Shown: one piece after another, positions 1-9,558 of the stretch | Layout of the letters: each line of letters starts with the position of its first letter | Numbering within the stretch: the stretch's first letter is position 1 | Source of the DNA: Halorutilales archaeon Cl-col2-1 | GTDB taxonomy: Archaea; Halobacteriota; Halobacteria; Halobacteriales; Afararchaeaceae | Length of the DNA: 64,000 bases | Assembly: GCA_041891055.1 (NCBI GenBank) | Contig: CP169074.1 | Location: 928,001 to 992,000, forward strand | Reading direction: 5' to 3' | Translations under genes and position numbers: made by a program | Notes under the pieces: generated by a model | Seen by the model: only the letters and a program-made list of their open reading frames with translations | Told to the model about the DNA's origin: nothing | The model's database searches: none

Positions 1-2
1 CC

Positions 3-593
3 ACATTCAACGTCGAACACGAGCAAGACGTGGGTGGCGAAACGCCTGTCGGCGTAGATATAGGACACAACCACGTCCTCGCTGTCCGTGTACCTGACGA
101 GGACGAATCCATGCTCGTATCAGGTAAGGAAGCGAAGTACGTCCGGCGTAAGTATCGTTCCCTACGTGATTCGCTACAACAAGCGGGTGCGCTTCGCGCA
201 CGTAACCGCGTGGGTAACAAAGAACAACGCCGGATTAAGGACATGAACCACAAACTCTCCCGTCAACTCGTAGAGTTTGCTTCCGAGTTCGAAAACGCCG
301 TGATACGTATGGAGGACTTAGAAGGTATACGTGACGGTAACGGTTGGGATGGCGTCCACTCATGGCACTTCTACCAGATACAGGAGTTCATCACGTATAA
401 AGCAGAGAAAGAAGGTATTGAGGTGGAGAAGGTAGATCCCCACAACACGAGTCAGATGTGTTCAGAGTGTGGTGAGGATGAAGACACGGTGCGTGACGGC
501 GACCACTTCACGTGTCACGAGTGCGGATACGAACGCCATGCAGACCTGAACGCGGCGAACAATATAGCGAGACTGGAGGGAGAACCTTGTTAA
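3..593 (+). CDS. tnpB: RNA-guided endonuclease TnpB, cut at its 5' end by the window edge
   Basis: Frame open from base 3; RuvC-I VGVDIG, RuvC-II IRMEDL, Zn finger CSECG...CHECG, Ruv[14 protein letters not shown]. Confidence 0.93.
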   Translation, partial: TFNVEHEQDVGGETPVGVDIGHNHVLAVRVPDEDESMLVSGKEAKYVRRKYRSLRDSLQQAGALRARNRVGNKEQRRIKDMNHKLSRQLVEFASEFENAVIRMEDLEGIRDGNGWDGVHSWHFYQIQEFITYKAEKEGIEVEKVDPHNTSQMCSECGEDEDTVRDGDHFTCHECGYERHADLNAANNIARLEGEPC

Positions 594-640
594 GCAAATC
601 GGAGATTTGCGTACCGTCGGAAATCTTCCGATTTCCGAGA
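590..640 (+). repeat. Twin-hairpin micro-insertion at the tnpB 3' end
   Basis: GCAAATC-GGA-GATTTGC and TCGGAAATC-TTCC-GATTTCCGA; removing 51 bp gives in-frame CCT TGC TCG GCG TAA. Confidence 0.7.
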
Positions 641-650
641 CTCGGCGTAA

Positions 651-941
651 CAGTCCGGCTGACGAACCGAGTGCCACGCGGGATTAGACAACCCGCCGGT
701 CTTAGACTGCCTACCGTGAGTAGGGTGGAAGGCGGCTTTGACACCGCTACGTGTGCTGTAAAGGAGCGTCGGAGTGATAACGACGCCCGACCTATGAAGG
801 AGTCACTCGAAAGCGTACCCGAACTCCGAGGAAAGGCACAACCTTAATATCCCCTTCGGTGATTCCCGCGTTCGTGAATCGAAGATTCACGAGCCATCCG
901 AGCTTCGCTCGGAGACGTCTTTAGGCGCGGGAGGATGTCAA
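651..941 (+). ncRNA. Putative TnpB omega-RNA (reRNA) scaffold; guide would come from sequence 3' of 941
   Basis: Position between tnpB and right end; collinear conserved blocks shared with 14002-14228 (ACAACCYGCCG, ACCRTGAGTRGGG, TTTGAC, GCTGTAAA, ACCYATGA, CAACCTTAATATCC). 5' boundary uncertain. Confidence 0.6.
872..915 (+). repeat. Twin-hairpin micro-insertion inside the IS right-end hairpin
   Basis: TCGTGAATC-GAA-GATTCACGA gcca TCCGAGC-TTC-GCTCGGA ga, flanked by CGT at 869-871 and 916-918; absent from the homologous right end at 14195-14228. Confidence 0.8.
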
Positions 942-1774
942 TTCTCATGTATCCAAAGGTCACCGTAGAAGTCGTCCTGTTCGAGACTGACCTCGCCTCG
1001 TGAAGACAGGAAGAGTAGACTGAGGTAGGTATTGACGACACGTGAACGTGACACGGCTTCGGCAACTAGCTCACGGAAGAGAACCTCGTCACGTCTCTCG
1101 AACTCAGTGGCGAGGCGTTCGGAGACTCTCTCTATCTCATCCTCTATGTCGTCCTCGTGTGCAGTCTCTACGGCGTCGTCGGTCGTTGTCTCGGGCTCAT
1201 GTGGTCGTGAGCTAGGTACAGGAGTCGAGTACGCCTCGGGTGAGGAGGATGTATCGTACTCCCGTCTCTGTTTCCAGACGCGTTTCCTCTCCCTGTCCCT
1301 CAGCTCCCGTACTAGCTCGTCGAGTGTCTCGGGATGTGCGTTCCGTCTCGTAGTCTTACGTTCGAGGCGTCTCTCCATCTCGGCTTCGAGGCTGTCAACA
1401 GGGTCGTACTCCGCGCCCGAGCCGGTGGTATCGGCGTGTTCTTCGGTTCTGGGGCTGTGGAAGAGTGCCTCGGGTTCGTCTTCGTCCCGGTCGTCGTCCT
1501 CGTCGTCACCGTCGTCGACGACGTAGTCACTCTTCATGCGCAGGAGTATACTCGCATAGAGGAGAGCCTTTCCCGTGCGTATGAGGTCGTTCGAGTCTAT
1601 CCTTTCGAGGAACTTGTCGGTGACACGTGGTATGTCGATGTCCCACGGGTCTATCTCGCCCTCCTCGGCGAGTCTCACGAGGACGTCGACGGGCTCGTCT
1701 ATCGCATCTTGTGACGTCCCGGCGTCTCCTTCGCCGTCGGTCTCAGTCGGCTTCTGCGGCTGTTTCCTCTTCAT
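938..1774 (-). CDS. scpA: Segregation and condensation protein A (kleisin ScpA)
   Basis: GEIDPWDIDI...LLYASILLRMKS, TLDELVRELR, C-terminal YLSLLFL...LEQDDFYGDL; directly downstream of smc; ATG at 1774 chosen. Confidence 0.93.
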   Translation of the reverse strand: MKRKQPQKPTETDGEGDAGTSQDAIDEPVDVLVRLAEEGEIDPWDIDIPRVTDKFLERIDSNDLIRTGKALLYASILLRMKSDYVVDDGDDEDDDRDEDEPEALFHSPRTEEHADTTGSGAEYDPVDSLEAEMERRLERKTTRRNAHPETLDELVRELRDRERKRVWKQRREYDTSSSPEAYSTPVPSSRPHEPETTTDDAVETAHEDDIEDEIERVSERLATEFERRDEVLFRELVAEAVSRSRVVNTYLSLLFLSSRGEVSLEQDDFYGDLWIHEN

Positions 1775-4700
1775 TCTGACTGTCGTCGTTGAGACGGACT
1801 CCCGTGACTCTTGATACGTTGTCTCCCTCCATCGTGACCCCAACTGTGCGCTCCGCCTTCTCCACCATCTGTGTCCGGAGGCTCACGACTATGAACTGTG
1901 TGTCGTCGGAGATGTCATCTATCATCTCAGCTACCCTGTCGGCGTTGGGCGCGTCAAGGAACATGTCGACCTCGTCAAAGGCGTAGAACGGAGCCGGAGT
2001 GTAACGCTGTATGGCGAATATGAACGAGAGAGCTGTGAGTGATCTCTCGCCCCCACTCATCGACTCCAGACGTTTGACGGGCTTGTCAGAGGGTTTCGCC
2101 TCTATTGTCATGCCTCCCTCAAAGGGGTCGTCGGGCTCCTCTAAGACGAGTTCCCCCGAGCCGTCGGAGAGACGTCTGAAAACTTCCTCGAACTCGGAGT
2201 TTATCTCGTCGAAAGCCTCGCGGAACTTGTCGTGTTTGAGATCCTCGTACCTGTCTATCCTGTCAAGTATCTCGTCCCTCTCGTCCTCGAGTGTCTCCTT
2301 CCGGCTCGTGAGATCGTCTTTCCTCTCACGTACCTCGTCGTACTCGTCTATCGCGAGCATGTTGACGGGCTCCAGATCCTCCATCTGGGACTCGATTTCG
2401 TCTATTGACGACCGTATTTCGGAGTAGCCCGGTATCTCGTCGTCTTCGTAGTCACCGGGGTCAACCTCGTCTTCGAGTTCGTCCGCCTCGTCTTCGAGTG
2501 ACGACCTCTCAGTTCTGAGAGCCTCTATCCTCTCGTCCGCCTCGTCGATCTTCCTGCGTATCCCGTCGCGCTCCTCGACTGCTTCCTCAAGTTGGTCTTC
2601 GAGGCTTTCGAGTGTCTGACGTAGCTCACCTATCTCGTCCTCTATCTCGTCTATGCGTTCCTTCTTATCGTCGCGTTCGTCCTCAAGCTCATCTATTTCG
2701 TCCCTCAGGTCACGTATGAGGTCTTCCTTCTCGTCACGGCTCTCGTCAAGACTCTCTATCTTCTCCTCTAACTCGTCTATCCTGTCAGTCCTGTACTCCT
2801 TCTCAAGCTCCAACTCGTTGAGGTCGGCGTCGACGTCACGTAGCCGGTCCTCGATATCGGATATTTCTTCTCTGAGGGCGTCGGCTTTCTCGGAGAGGTC
2901 GGATATCTCCGAGTCGGAGAGTTCGTCTTCGAGTTCTTCTATCTCCGACTCGTGAGACTCGATCTCGTCGTCGAGACCTTCGACCTCTTCGTCTATCTCC
3001 TCCATCCTCTCGCGTTTCTCCGCCTTGGTGTCCTCTAAGCCGTCGAGTCTCTCACGTGCGTCTTCGAGGCTTTCTTCGAGGTCACCACGTCTGTCTTCGA
3101 GGTCTTCGAGACGTCTCTCGTACCTCTCAACACTTGACTCCGACGACGTGATACGGTCTTTGACATCGTCGAGACGTGCCTCGACGGAGGAAATCTCGTC
3201 CCTGAGAGACGCACGTTGTGATTCGAGTTCCTCGATTCTGTCTGCGAGCTTCTCAAGTGTGCCCTTCGACCCGAACGAGTACCGCGACCCCTTCTTAGAT
3301 CCACCCGTCATAGCACCGCTTTTCTCGACTAAGTCGCCGTCGAGTGTCACCATCCGGTAGCTTCCCATCATCTCCCTCGCGGTCTCCATGTCCTTGACGA
3401 CGAGGGTGTCGCCCAGGACGTAAGAGAAGACAGACGAGTAGACGTCGTCGAACTCGACGAGGCTGTAGGCGTAGTCAACGACGCCGTCCTTCGAGAGGGG
3501 CTTCTTCGAGAGCGACCTCGTGTTCATCTCGGAGATGGGGAGGAAGGTCGCACGTCCTGCGTTGCGCCTCTTGAGGTACTCTATCGCTCTCTGACCCACA
3601 CTGTCGTCGTCGACCACGACGTGAGCCATCCTGCCTCCCGCAGCAGTCTCGACGGCTGTGGCGTACTTCTGTGAGACACTCCCGAGGTCAGCGATAGTAC
3701 CGTGGACGCCGTCTATGTCGGAGTTGAGAACAGTACTGACCGCCTTCGAGTAGCTACTTCCGTCGGAGCCCTGACGCGCCTGTTCCTGTGCGAACTCCTC
3801 CTGTTTCGACCTCAGAGACTCCTCGATGTCCTCTAAGTCTCTCCTCAGGTCGTCTCTCTCGTCTTCGAGGTCGTCTTTCACATCCCTGAGTTCTTCGAGG
3901 TTGTGTCTCTCGTTTTCGAGCGACTCCTCTATCTCCCCTATCTCCTCGTCGACCTCCGTGATCTCGTTCTGTGTCTCACGTATCTCCTTCTCAAGATTGT
4001 CCTCCTCACGCGACCTCCTTCGCGCCTCGTCCAAGAGGCGATCCTTCTCTCGCATCAGGTCATTCTTCTCGTCACGTAGATCCTCGACCTCGGTTTTGTG
4101 ATCCTCAAGAGACTCACGCACGTCGGCGTACTCGCCCTCAGCCTCGTCTATACGTTCCTCGACGTCTTCGAGGGCTGACTCCTTCGACGAGAGGTCTGAC
4201 TTGAGACTCGACTTCTCGACCTTCTTCTCACGTATCTCGGATTCGAGGTCTTCAATCTCCTCGTTCGCCTTGTCTATCCCGACGAAAGCCTGTCTCTTCT
4301 CCTTCTCGTACTCGTCGAGGCTCTCCTCAGCGTTCTCTATCCTGTCTCTCTTTCCGGATATCTTCGCCTTGATCTCCTCTATCTCCGACTTGAGTTCGAG
4401 ACGTTCATCCTCGCCCTTTCGGCGTATCTCGTCCTCGACCTCCTTGACCTCGCTCTCAACCTCGTCGACGAGAGACTCGGCGTCTTCGAGGTCGTCCTCT
4501 AACTCCTCCTTCATCTCCTTCTCGTCGGCAATCTCGTCCTCCAACTCTTCAATCTCGTCGTTTATCTGGTGGAGCTTCGCGACCGAGAGGAGACCCTCCT
4601 TCTCCTGCTTCTCCTCCCTGAGTTCACGGTATTCGAGAGCCTTGTCCCTCTCGTCCTTGAGTGAGTCGAGACGTTCGTCTATCTCGTCGAGTATCAGGTC

Positions 4701-5321
4701 GACCCTCTCGACCCTCTCCTCGACGGTGTCGAGTTCGCCGCGCGCTTCTTCCTTCTTCTCGTCGAACTCGGCGGTTCCAGCCGCCTCCTCGACTATGCGC
4801 CGTCTCTCTGTCGACGACATCTGTATTATCTCTGTGACGTCCCCCTGCATCACGACGTTGTATCCCTCTGGGGTGATACCCGCGCTCGCGAGGAGTTCCT
4901 GTATGTCGGAGAGGTTACACGACCTTCCGTTAATGTAGTAGTACGAGTAGTAGTCGTTCTCCGTCTTTTTTATGCGTCTCTTGATCACGACTTCGTCGGG
5001 GTCGCTTACTTCACCCGCCGCTGTACGTATCTCGTCGGGCTGAACTGTACGGTCGGAGTTGTCGAGGACTACCTCAACGCTCGCCTCTCGCGCTGAGTCG
5101 CCCTCGGGAGGATCGTAGAGGAGGTCAGGGAGACGCTCGGCTCTCATGCCTCTCGTACGAGCGAGTCCGAGAGCGAAGAGTATACTGTCGATCAGATTAC
5201 TCTTACCGCTCCCGTTGGGTCCGCTTATAGTAGTGAAGCCCTCGTAGAACGGGACAGTAGTGGGTCTCCCGAATGACTTGAAGCCGTCTATACTTATCTC
5301 TTTTATATGCATCGGCGTCAA
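1743..5321 (-). CDS. smc: Chromosome segregation protein SMC
   Basis: Walker A GPNGSGKSN, long coiled coils, hinge GRATFLP, signature MSGGE, Walker B AFDEVDMFLD. Confidence 0.98.
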   Translation of the reverse strand: MTPMHIKEISIDGFKSFGRPTTVPFYEGFTTISGPNGSGKSNLIDSILFALGLARTRGMRAERLPDLLYDPPEGDSAREASVEVVLDNSDRTVQPDEIRTAAGEVSDPDEVVIKRRIKKTENDYYSYYYINGRSCNLSDIQELLASAGITPEGYNVVMQGDVTEIIQMSSTERRRIVEEAAGTAEFDEKKEEARGELDTVEERVERVDLILDEIDERLDSLKDERDKALEYRELREEKQEKEGLLSVAKLHQINDEIEELEDEIADEKEMKEELEDDLEDAESLVDEVESEVKEVEDEIRRKGEDERLELKSEIEEIKAKISGKRDRIENAEESLDEYEKEKRQAFVGIDKANEEIEDLESEIREKKVEKSSLKSDLSSKESALEDVEERIDEAEGEYADVRESLEDHKTEVEDLRDEKNDLMREKDRLLDEARRRSREEDNLEKEIRETQNEITEVDEEIGEIEESLENERHNLEELRDVKDDLEDERDDLRRDLEDIEESLRSKQEEFAQEQARQGSDGSSYSKAVSTVLNSDIDGVHGTIADLGSVSQKYATAVETAAGGRMAHVVVDDDSVGQRAIEYLKRRNAGRATFLPISEMNTRSLSKKPLSKDGVVDYAYSLVEFDDVYSSVFSYVLGDTLVVKDMETAREMMGSYRMVTLDGDLVEKSGAMTGGSKKGSRYSFGSKGTLEKLADRIEELESQRASLRDEISSVEARLDDVKDRITSSESSVERYERRLEDLEDRRGDLEESLEDARERLDGLEDTKAEKRERMEEIDEEVEGLDDEIESHESEIEELEDELSDSEISDLSEKADALREEISDIEDRLRDVDADLNELELEKEYRTDRIDELEEKIESLDESRDEKEDLIRDLRDEIDELEDERDDKKERIDEIEDEIGELRQTLESLEDQLEEAVEERDGIRRKIDEADERIEALRTERSSLEDEADELEDEVDPGDYEDDEIPGYSEIRSSIDEIESQMEDLEPVNMLAIDEYDEVRERKDDLTSRKETLEDERDEILDRIDRYEDLKHDKFREAFDEINSEFEEVFRRLSDGSGELVLEEPDDPFEGGMTIEAKPSDKPVKRLESMSGGERSLTALSFIFAIQRYTPAPFYAFDEVDMFLDAPNADRVAEMIDDISDDTQFIVVSLRTQMVEKAERTVGVTMEGDNVSRVTGVRLNDDSQNEEETAAEAD

Positions 5322-5530
5322 GCCACGTATATGTCGTCGCCGCTGTCGTTGTCGTCGTCCTCGTCGACGGAGACACCTACCTCCTCGCGGTCTATCTCCG
5401 CTTTCTCCGACTCCTCGATCTCGCTCAGACGCTCTTTCACGTCTACCATCTCTCTCGCAAGTGACTCGACCATCTTCTCAAGTTCGTCGATCTTCGCCTC
5501 GGTGTCCGAGTTAGAGTCAGAGCGTGACAT
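5318..5530 (-). CDS. Small acidic coiled-coil protein upstream of smc
   Basis: 70 aa, ATGA overlap with smc start, ends DDIYVA like small haloarchaeal proteins preceding smc. Confidence 0.8.
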   Translation of the reverse strand: MSRSDSNSDTEAKIDELEKMVESLAREMVDVKERLSEIEESEKAEIDREEVGVSVDEDDDNDSGDDIYVA

Positions 5531-5638
5531 CTCATCTACTCTATACCTTCACGTCCCATAAGTCCAACGTATGACACACGTATGCCGTTGTGCGAAAAGC
5601 GTTGGACTATTAGACTCTAAGTAGAAAACTGATCCGAA

Positions 5639-6211
5639 TTACTCGAGAGTGTCGGCTAGCTCCTCAGCCGCCTCGTCGACTCCGCCGTCGGGATTCTTGA
5701 CTATCTTGACAGTCGCGCCCGTGAGTGTGGCGTAGCTCATCGCCGCCGACCTGTTCATGTTCTGGTGAGTGTCTATCTCTCCCGTCCTCTCGAAGTCCCT
5801 GTCACGAGTCTCGTCGTCTATCCTTCTGAAGAGAATCTCCTCGGGGTCGGTCTCTATGAGAGCTATCGTGTCGGGTTCGAGACCTTCGAGAACCCACTCG
5901 GGAAGTCCAGGGAGGTAGCCCTCAGGCGTCTTTATGGCGCAGTGTGTGTCGACGAGGACGTTGGTGTCCTCAGCCATCTCGGCTATACGCTCTCCCGCCT
6001 GTGCCTGTATCTCCTTCTGCTGGTCGCTCGGGAGCTTCCTGAGTTCGTCCCTGTCCTCGACGAGACCCTCGTCACGTGCAGTCTCAAGCATCTGAGTACC
6101 GAACGAGACTATCTCGTACTCGACTTGCCTGTCCTCCAGAAGCTCAAGACTCCTCTCTGCTACGGTTGTGGCTCCGACTCCGGGAACGCCTGTGAGCACT
6201 GCTACCGTCAT
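5639..6211 (-). CDS. adkA: Archaeal-type adenylate kinase
   Basis: TGVPGVGATT P-loop variant, DRDELRKL, VDTH...TPEGYLPGLP, RRIDDETRDRD. Confidence 0.92.
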   Translation of the reverse strand: MTVAVLTGVPGVGATTVAERSLELLEDRQVEYEIVSFGTQMLETARDEGLVEDRDELRKLPSDQQKEIQAQAGERIAEMAEDTNVLVDTHCAIKTPEGYLPGLPEWVLEGLEPDTIALIETDPEEILFRRIDDETRDRDFERTGEIDTHQNMNRSAAMSYATLTGATVKIVKNPDGGVDEAAEELADTLE

Positions 6212-6330
6212 ACTACGAGTCAGTCTTTCCTTACCAATAAATCAACCTATATCCCGAAGCCCGAACCAACCCGTAGGTTTAAATACGACCGAGACATAAG
6301 GAGTCTCCGGTTACGGTTAAATGATCAACT

Positions 6331-6951
6331 ATGTCAGAGTCAGACAACACATCCGACAAGACTGAAGAGCTCAGAGATCTCTTCGTGGAAGTAACAGACG
6401 AGTCCACGGTCACAGAGGAGAAGAAGGAGTCACACGGCACTCTCAAGGACGAGGAAGAGATCAACGAGGAGATAGAAGGTACAGTCGAGGAGATGCTAGA
6501 TAGGTACGGTATCGACACCAAGCTAGACACAGATGACCTCGTCGAACTTGTGCGTCTCTACCACGACGGCTACTCAGACACGGAGATCGCCCGAGATCTC
6601 GGTGATGAGAAGCTCAACAAGACCGTCGCGCGGACGCGGGTTAAGCTCCATCTCTTCCGCGAGTCGGACTTCGATCCGCCGTTCGACATCGACCGCCTGC
6701 GTGAGTTCGTCGACGACGACCTGACGACAGCGGAGATGGCTGACGAACTCGACGTGAGTAAGAGTACTGTTCGTTCGTACGTCCACGTCATAGAGGCAGA
6801 GAACGAGGCAGACCGCGCGAACCACAAGTACCAGGACAGGTTCAAGAACCTGCTTGAGGATCGCGAGATATCCGAGAGGATCACGTCGTCGGCGACGGAG
6901 GACGGTCTCCAGGAGGCTACCGAGGGACTCGAAGTAGACGTCGACATGTAA
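6331..6951 (+). CDS. HTH protein, conditioned-medium-induced protein 4-like
   Basis: KTEELRDLFVEVTDESTVTE N-terminus and two HTH-like segments. Confidence 0.75.
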   Translation: MSESDNTSDKTEELRDLFVEVTDESTVTEEKKESHGTLKDEEEINEEIEGTVEEMLDRYGIDTKLDTDDLVELVRLYHDGYSDTEIARDLGDEKLNKTVARTRVKLHLFRESDFDPPFDIDRLREFVDDDLTTAEMADELDVSKSTVRSYVHVIEAENEADRANHKYQDRFKNLLEDREISERITSSATEDGLQEATEGLEVDVDM

Positions 6952-6954
6952 GAG

Positions 6955-7545
6955 ATGTCGGCGACAGACGAAGCGGTCGAAGCCCTGCGTGACGGGGGTG
7001 TCATTCTCTACCCGACGGAGACTGTCTACGGTCTCGGAGCCGACGCTCTCGATCCCAACGCAGTAGAGCAGGTCTTCGAGATAAAGGAGAGACCGCGTTC
7101 GAAGCCGGTCTCAGTCGCTTTCGGCGACTTCGAGACGGTGAAGGAGTACACGAAACCGAGTGACGACGCAGTGAGTATGATCGAGGATCTTCTTCCGGGA
7201 CCTGTGACAGTTCTGGTTCCGAAGACCGACTCGATCCCGGACGTTCTCACAGCGGGGTCAGAGGTCGTCGGCGTGAGGATACCCGACCACGACGTCGCTC
7301 TCGAAATAACGCGCGAGTTCGGTCCTATAACCAGCACAAGTGCCAACATATCCGGGAAGTCCTCGTCAGCCACCTTTGAGGACATTGACCCTAAGATTCT
7401 AGAACGGGTCGACGCAGCCCTTGACGGCGGCAGGGCGAGGTACGAACTCGGAAGCACCGTTGTCGACACGCGCGACTGGGGGATAGTACGTGAGGGAGCG
7501 ATGTGTGACGAAGTCGAGGACTGGATGACATCCTCCGCGCCGTAA
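6955..7545 (+). CDS. sua5: L-threonylcarbamoyladenylate synthase (Sua5/YrdC/TsaC)
   Basis: YPTETVYGLGADA, KERPRSKP, PGPVT, GVRIPDH, TSTSANISG; last codons come from the adjacent IS end. Confidence 0.95.
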   Translation: MSATDEAVEALRDGGVILYPTETVYGLGADALDPNAVEQVFEIKERPRSKPVSVAFGDFETVKEYTKPSDDAVSMIEDLLPGPVTVLVPKTDSIPDVLTAGSEVVGVRIPDHDVALEITREFGPITSTSANISGKSSSATFEDIDPKILERVDAALDGGRARYELGSTVVDTRDWGIVREGAMCDEVEDWMTSSAP

Positions 7546-7580
7546 ACGGCGCGGTTTCCTCCGTGGGAGTCTCAGTCGGT

Positions 7581-8978
7581 CTAAGACTCGCCGGAAGCAA
7601 CATTCCCGTCACGGTGGACGGTACTCAGGTCTGTGCGCTGTTCTTTGGGACTTTCGTGAGAGTGTGATACCTCCAGCCAATCGTGGCTGTCCCACTCGAA
7701 CCGTGCTCGAAAACGCTGCGCGTTTTCGGCATCCCGGAAATTGGAGATTTCCGAGGACACGGGCCGTGCCATCGGCCTGACTTCTTTGCTCGTATGCCGC
7801 TTCAGGAACGTTTCTGACGCCGTAAGGTCGGCATGACCCTCGAATCCACACTGGCAGGTGAGCGTGTCCTGATGCCGTGTCGTTCGGTCTGTCGAACCAC
7901 ACTGGGGACACTCTTGGCTGGTCCACGCTTCCGACCGGACTTCGACCGAGATACCGTATTCCTCGGCGGTACATGCCAGTCGCTCGGTGAATTTCCTGAA
8001 CGCCCAGAAGTTGTGGGTCTTGGCGTTCGTCTCGACCGACCAGTGGGTTTCGAGTACGTCGGTCAACCCGCCGATATACACGGTATCGACACCTTCGGTA
8101 TACAGTCGTTCCAGCAGGTCACGACACAGTGCTTCTTGTGCGTGATCCCGGCGACGGGTTCGCTTTCGGTACAGCCGCCGAATACGCTTGCTACTGTATT
8201 TTCCTTCTTCGAGTTTCGACTTCAACCGGGCGATTTCCCGCGTCGTTTCGCGGAATCGCTGGAACAACTCACGGCCTTCGTACAGGTATTGCTCGCCGGT
8301 CGTGGTGGTACAGGCAACGAGATTGTTTGCACCAATGTCCAGAGCGGCCTTTTCGTCGGCCAGTGGAGTCTCCCGTGTCTCGTCAGAAACAGTCACGGGT
8401 TGCGAAGCTCTGAAGGTGCTATCAGTCTCGTCGTACCACAGGTCTAGTCGGCCTTGGTCTTCGTAGTCAGGCCAGTTCAGGTCGCCAACTATTTCCAGCC
8501 GAAGACGGCTTTTCGGGCTGTTGTGCTTGTCTCGGAGTTCTTTTCCGACGACCATTTCAAGCCGGGATCGGTCGCCCCATTCGACGGTGTAGGCATCCTT
8601 TCGGACGACGCCTTTGAGAACACGTCCGTCGTCCTCGTTACCACGGAAGCCTGGCGGTTCAGGGTGTTCCGTGACCGACGTGTTCGATTCGTCGTGATAC
8701 GCTTTTTTATTCTCGAAGAACGACCGCCACGCTTCGGTGTTTGCTCGCCGGACAGTTTGAGCGGTGGACGCGCCAAGCACGCCTTTGTATTTGCCTTCGA
8801 GCGCGCCGGTATCGGTGTCCCATACGTCGCCCTCGAAGCCGTCCTCGTCGTTGTAGCGCATGAGGCGCTGGTAGTTAATCTCGTTCCAGAGAGCGGCGGA
8901 AGCGTCCAACAGGTCGCGTAGCACCTGCTCACCATCGTCGGTGAGTGGTCGAACGGCGAACGTGTTGGCGCGCTTCAT
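7581..8978 (-). CDS. tnpB: TnpB, IS1341-type
   Basis: [11 protein letters not shown] start, Ruv[32 protein letters not shown]. Confidence 0.95.
   Translation of the reverse strand: MKRANTFAVRPLTDDGEQVLRDLLDASAALWNEINYQRLMRYNDEDGFEGDVWDTDTGALEGKYKGVLGASTAQTVRRANTEAWRSFFENKKAYHDESNTSVTEHPEPPGFRGNEDDGRVLKGVVRKDAYTVEWGDRSRLEMVVGKELRDKHNSPKSRLRLEIVGDLNWPDYEDQGRLDLWYDETDSTFRASQPVTVSDETRETPLADEKAALDIGANNLVACTTTTGEQYLYEGRELFQRFRETTREIARLKSKLEEGKYSSKRIRRLYRKRTRRRDHAQEALCRDLLERLYTEGVDTVYIGGLTDVLETHWSVETNAKTHNFWAFRKFTERLACTAEEYGISVEVRSEAWTSQECPQCGSTDRTTRHQDTLTCQCGFEGHADLTASETFLKRHTSKEVRPMARPVSSEISNFRDAENAQRFRARFEWDSHDWLEVSHSHESPKEQRTDLSTVHRDGNVASGES
7704..7757 (+). repeat. 54-bp in-frame twin-hairpin insertion inside tnpB
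   Basis: CGAAAACGC-TGC-GCGTTTTCG and CGGAAAT-TGGAG-ATTTCCG, ending GA; adds [18 protein letters not shown] between MARPV and RFEWD. Confidence 0.75.
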
Positions 8979-9024
8979 GCCACAATTCTTTTCACGTCTT
9001 CACGTCAAATAAGTCTTGTGAGAC

Positions 9025-9249
9025 ATGACCGTTGACACACCGCTTACGTGTTACATCTGTGGAGAAACGGACGACTGGACAACCGTTGACTTGATTGGCT
9101 GTTTCGAGGACCGACAAGCCGCAGGGGAACGGTTTGAAGAAAAACATGGGAAGAAGCCGGAAAGTTATCTGTTCGTCTGTCCCGAGTGCAAAGAGGAGAA
9201 CCCGCACCATGCCGAAAACTGCTACGAGAAGTACGGGGGAGTCCAATGA
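9025..9249 (+). CDS. Small Cys-rich (Zn-finger-like) passenger protein
   Basis: 74 aa with CYIC and CPEC; ATGA coupling to next ORF. Confidence 0.65.
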   Translation: MTVDTPLTCYICGETDDWTTVDLIGCFEDRQAAGERFEEKHGKKPESYLFVCPECKEENPHHAENCYEKYGGVQ

Positions 9250-9389
9250 GGCCAGCAATTGACCTTTCCTATGGATTGCACGGTCGTCTGAAAGATTACG
9301 CCGAAGCAAATGACTTGGAACTTTCAGAAGCGTATGCAGAGGTGTTAGAAGCTGGTCTGGAAGCGTTGGAGACTCAAGACCAGCAGTAA
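9246..9389 (+). CDS. Small ribbon-helix-helix-like protein (47 aa)
   Basis: MRPAIDLSYGLHGRLKDYAEANDLELSEAYAEVLEAGL; ATG at 9246 overlaps upstream stop. Confidence 0.7.
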   Translation: MRPAIDLSYGLHGRLKDYAEANDLELSEAYAEVLEAGLEALETQDQQ

Positions 9390-9429
9390 CTCGGCGGCTT
9401 CTCACCAGAGCTTACGCGATTCACTCCCG

Positions 9430-9482
9430 TCCTCGAAAATCGAAGATTTTCGGGTGCAGCAAGACCTCCGGTCTTGCCATGC
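9430..9482 (-). repeat. Twin-hairpin insertion inside the IS left-end hairpin
   Basis: CGAAAATC-GAA-GATTTTCG and GCAAGACC-TCC-GGTCTTGC; followed by a further nested palindrome GTTCCGAC-TGAGC-GTCGGAAC. Confidence 0.7.
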
Positions 9483-9558
9483 CCCTGTTCGCTCCTCGGT
9501 TCCGACTGAGCGTCGGAACACTCGTCACTCACGGGAAGGGCGGGATTCTCTCGCTGAA

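Larger units (their letters stand above)
1..941 (+). mobile_element. IS200/IS605-family element, right part (tnpB 3' half, omega-RNA region, right end); left part lies outside the window
   Basis: tnpB followed by ~350 bp of structured non-coding DNA, subterminal hairpin arms TTCCCGCG/CGCGGGAG, ending GGATG-TCAA at 938-941 (typical right-end tetranucleotide). Confidence 0.85.
7525..9557 (-). mobile_element. IS1341-like element: tnpB plus two small passenger ORFs, no tnpA
   Basis: Right end CCGCGCCG-TTTA-CGGCGCGG AGGATG-TCAT; left end CAGCGAGAGAATCCCGCCC...GGGAGTGAATCGCG preceded by TTGAT (candidate target motif); exact boundaries inferred. Confidence 0.8.

Noticed and set aside
512-847. 111-aa ORF after tnpB
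   Set aside because: Runs through the structured omega-RNA region, has non-host composition and no motifs
1032-5561. Many Ser/Arg-rich ORFs antisense to smc and scpA (and similar ones across the window)
   Set aside because: Shadow frames produced by GAG/GAC-rich acidic coding on the opposite strand
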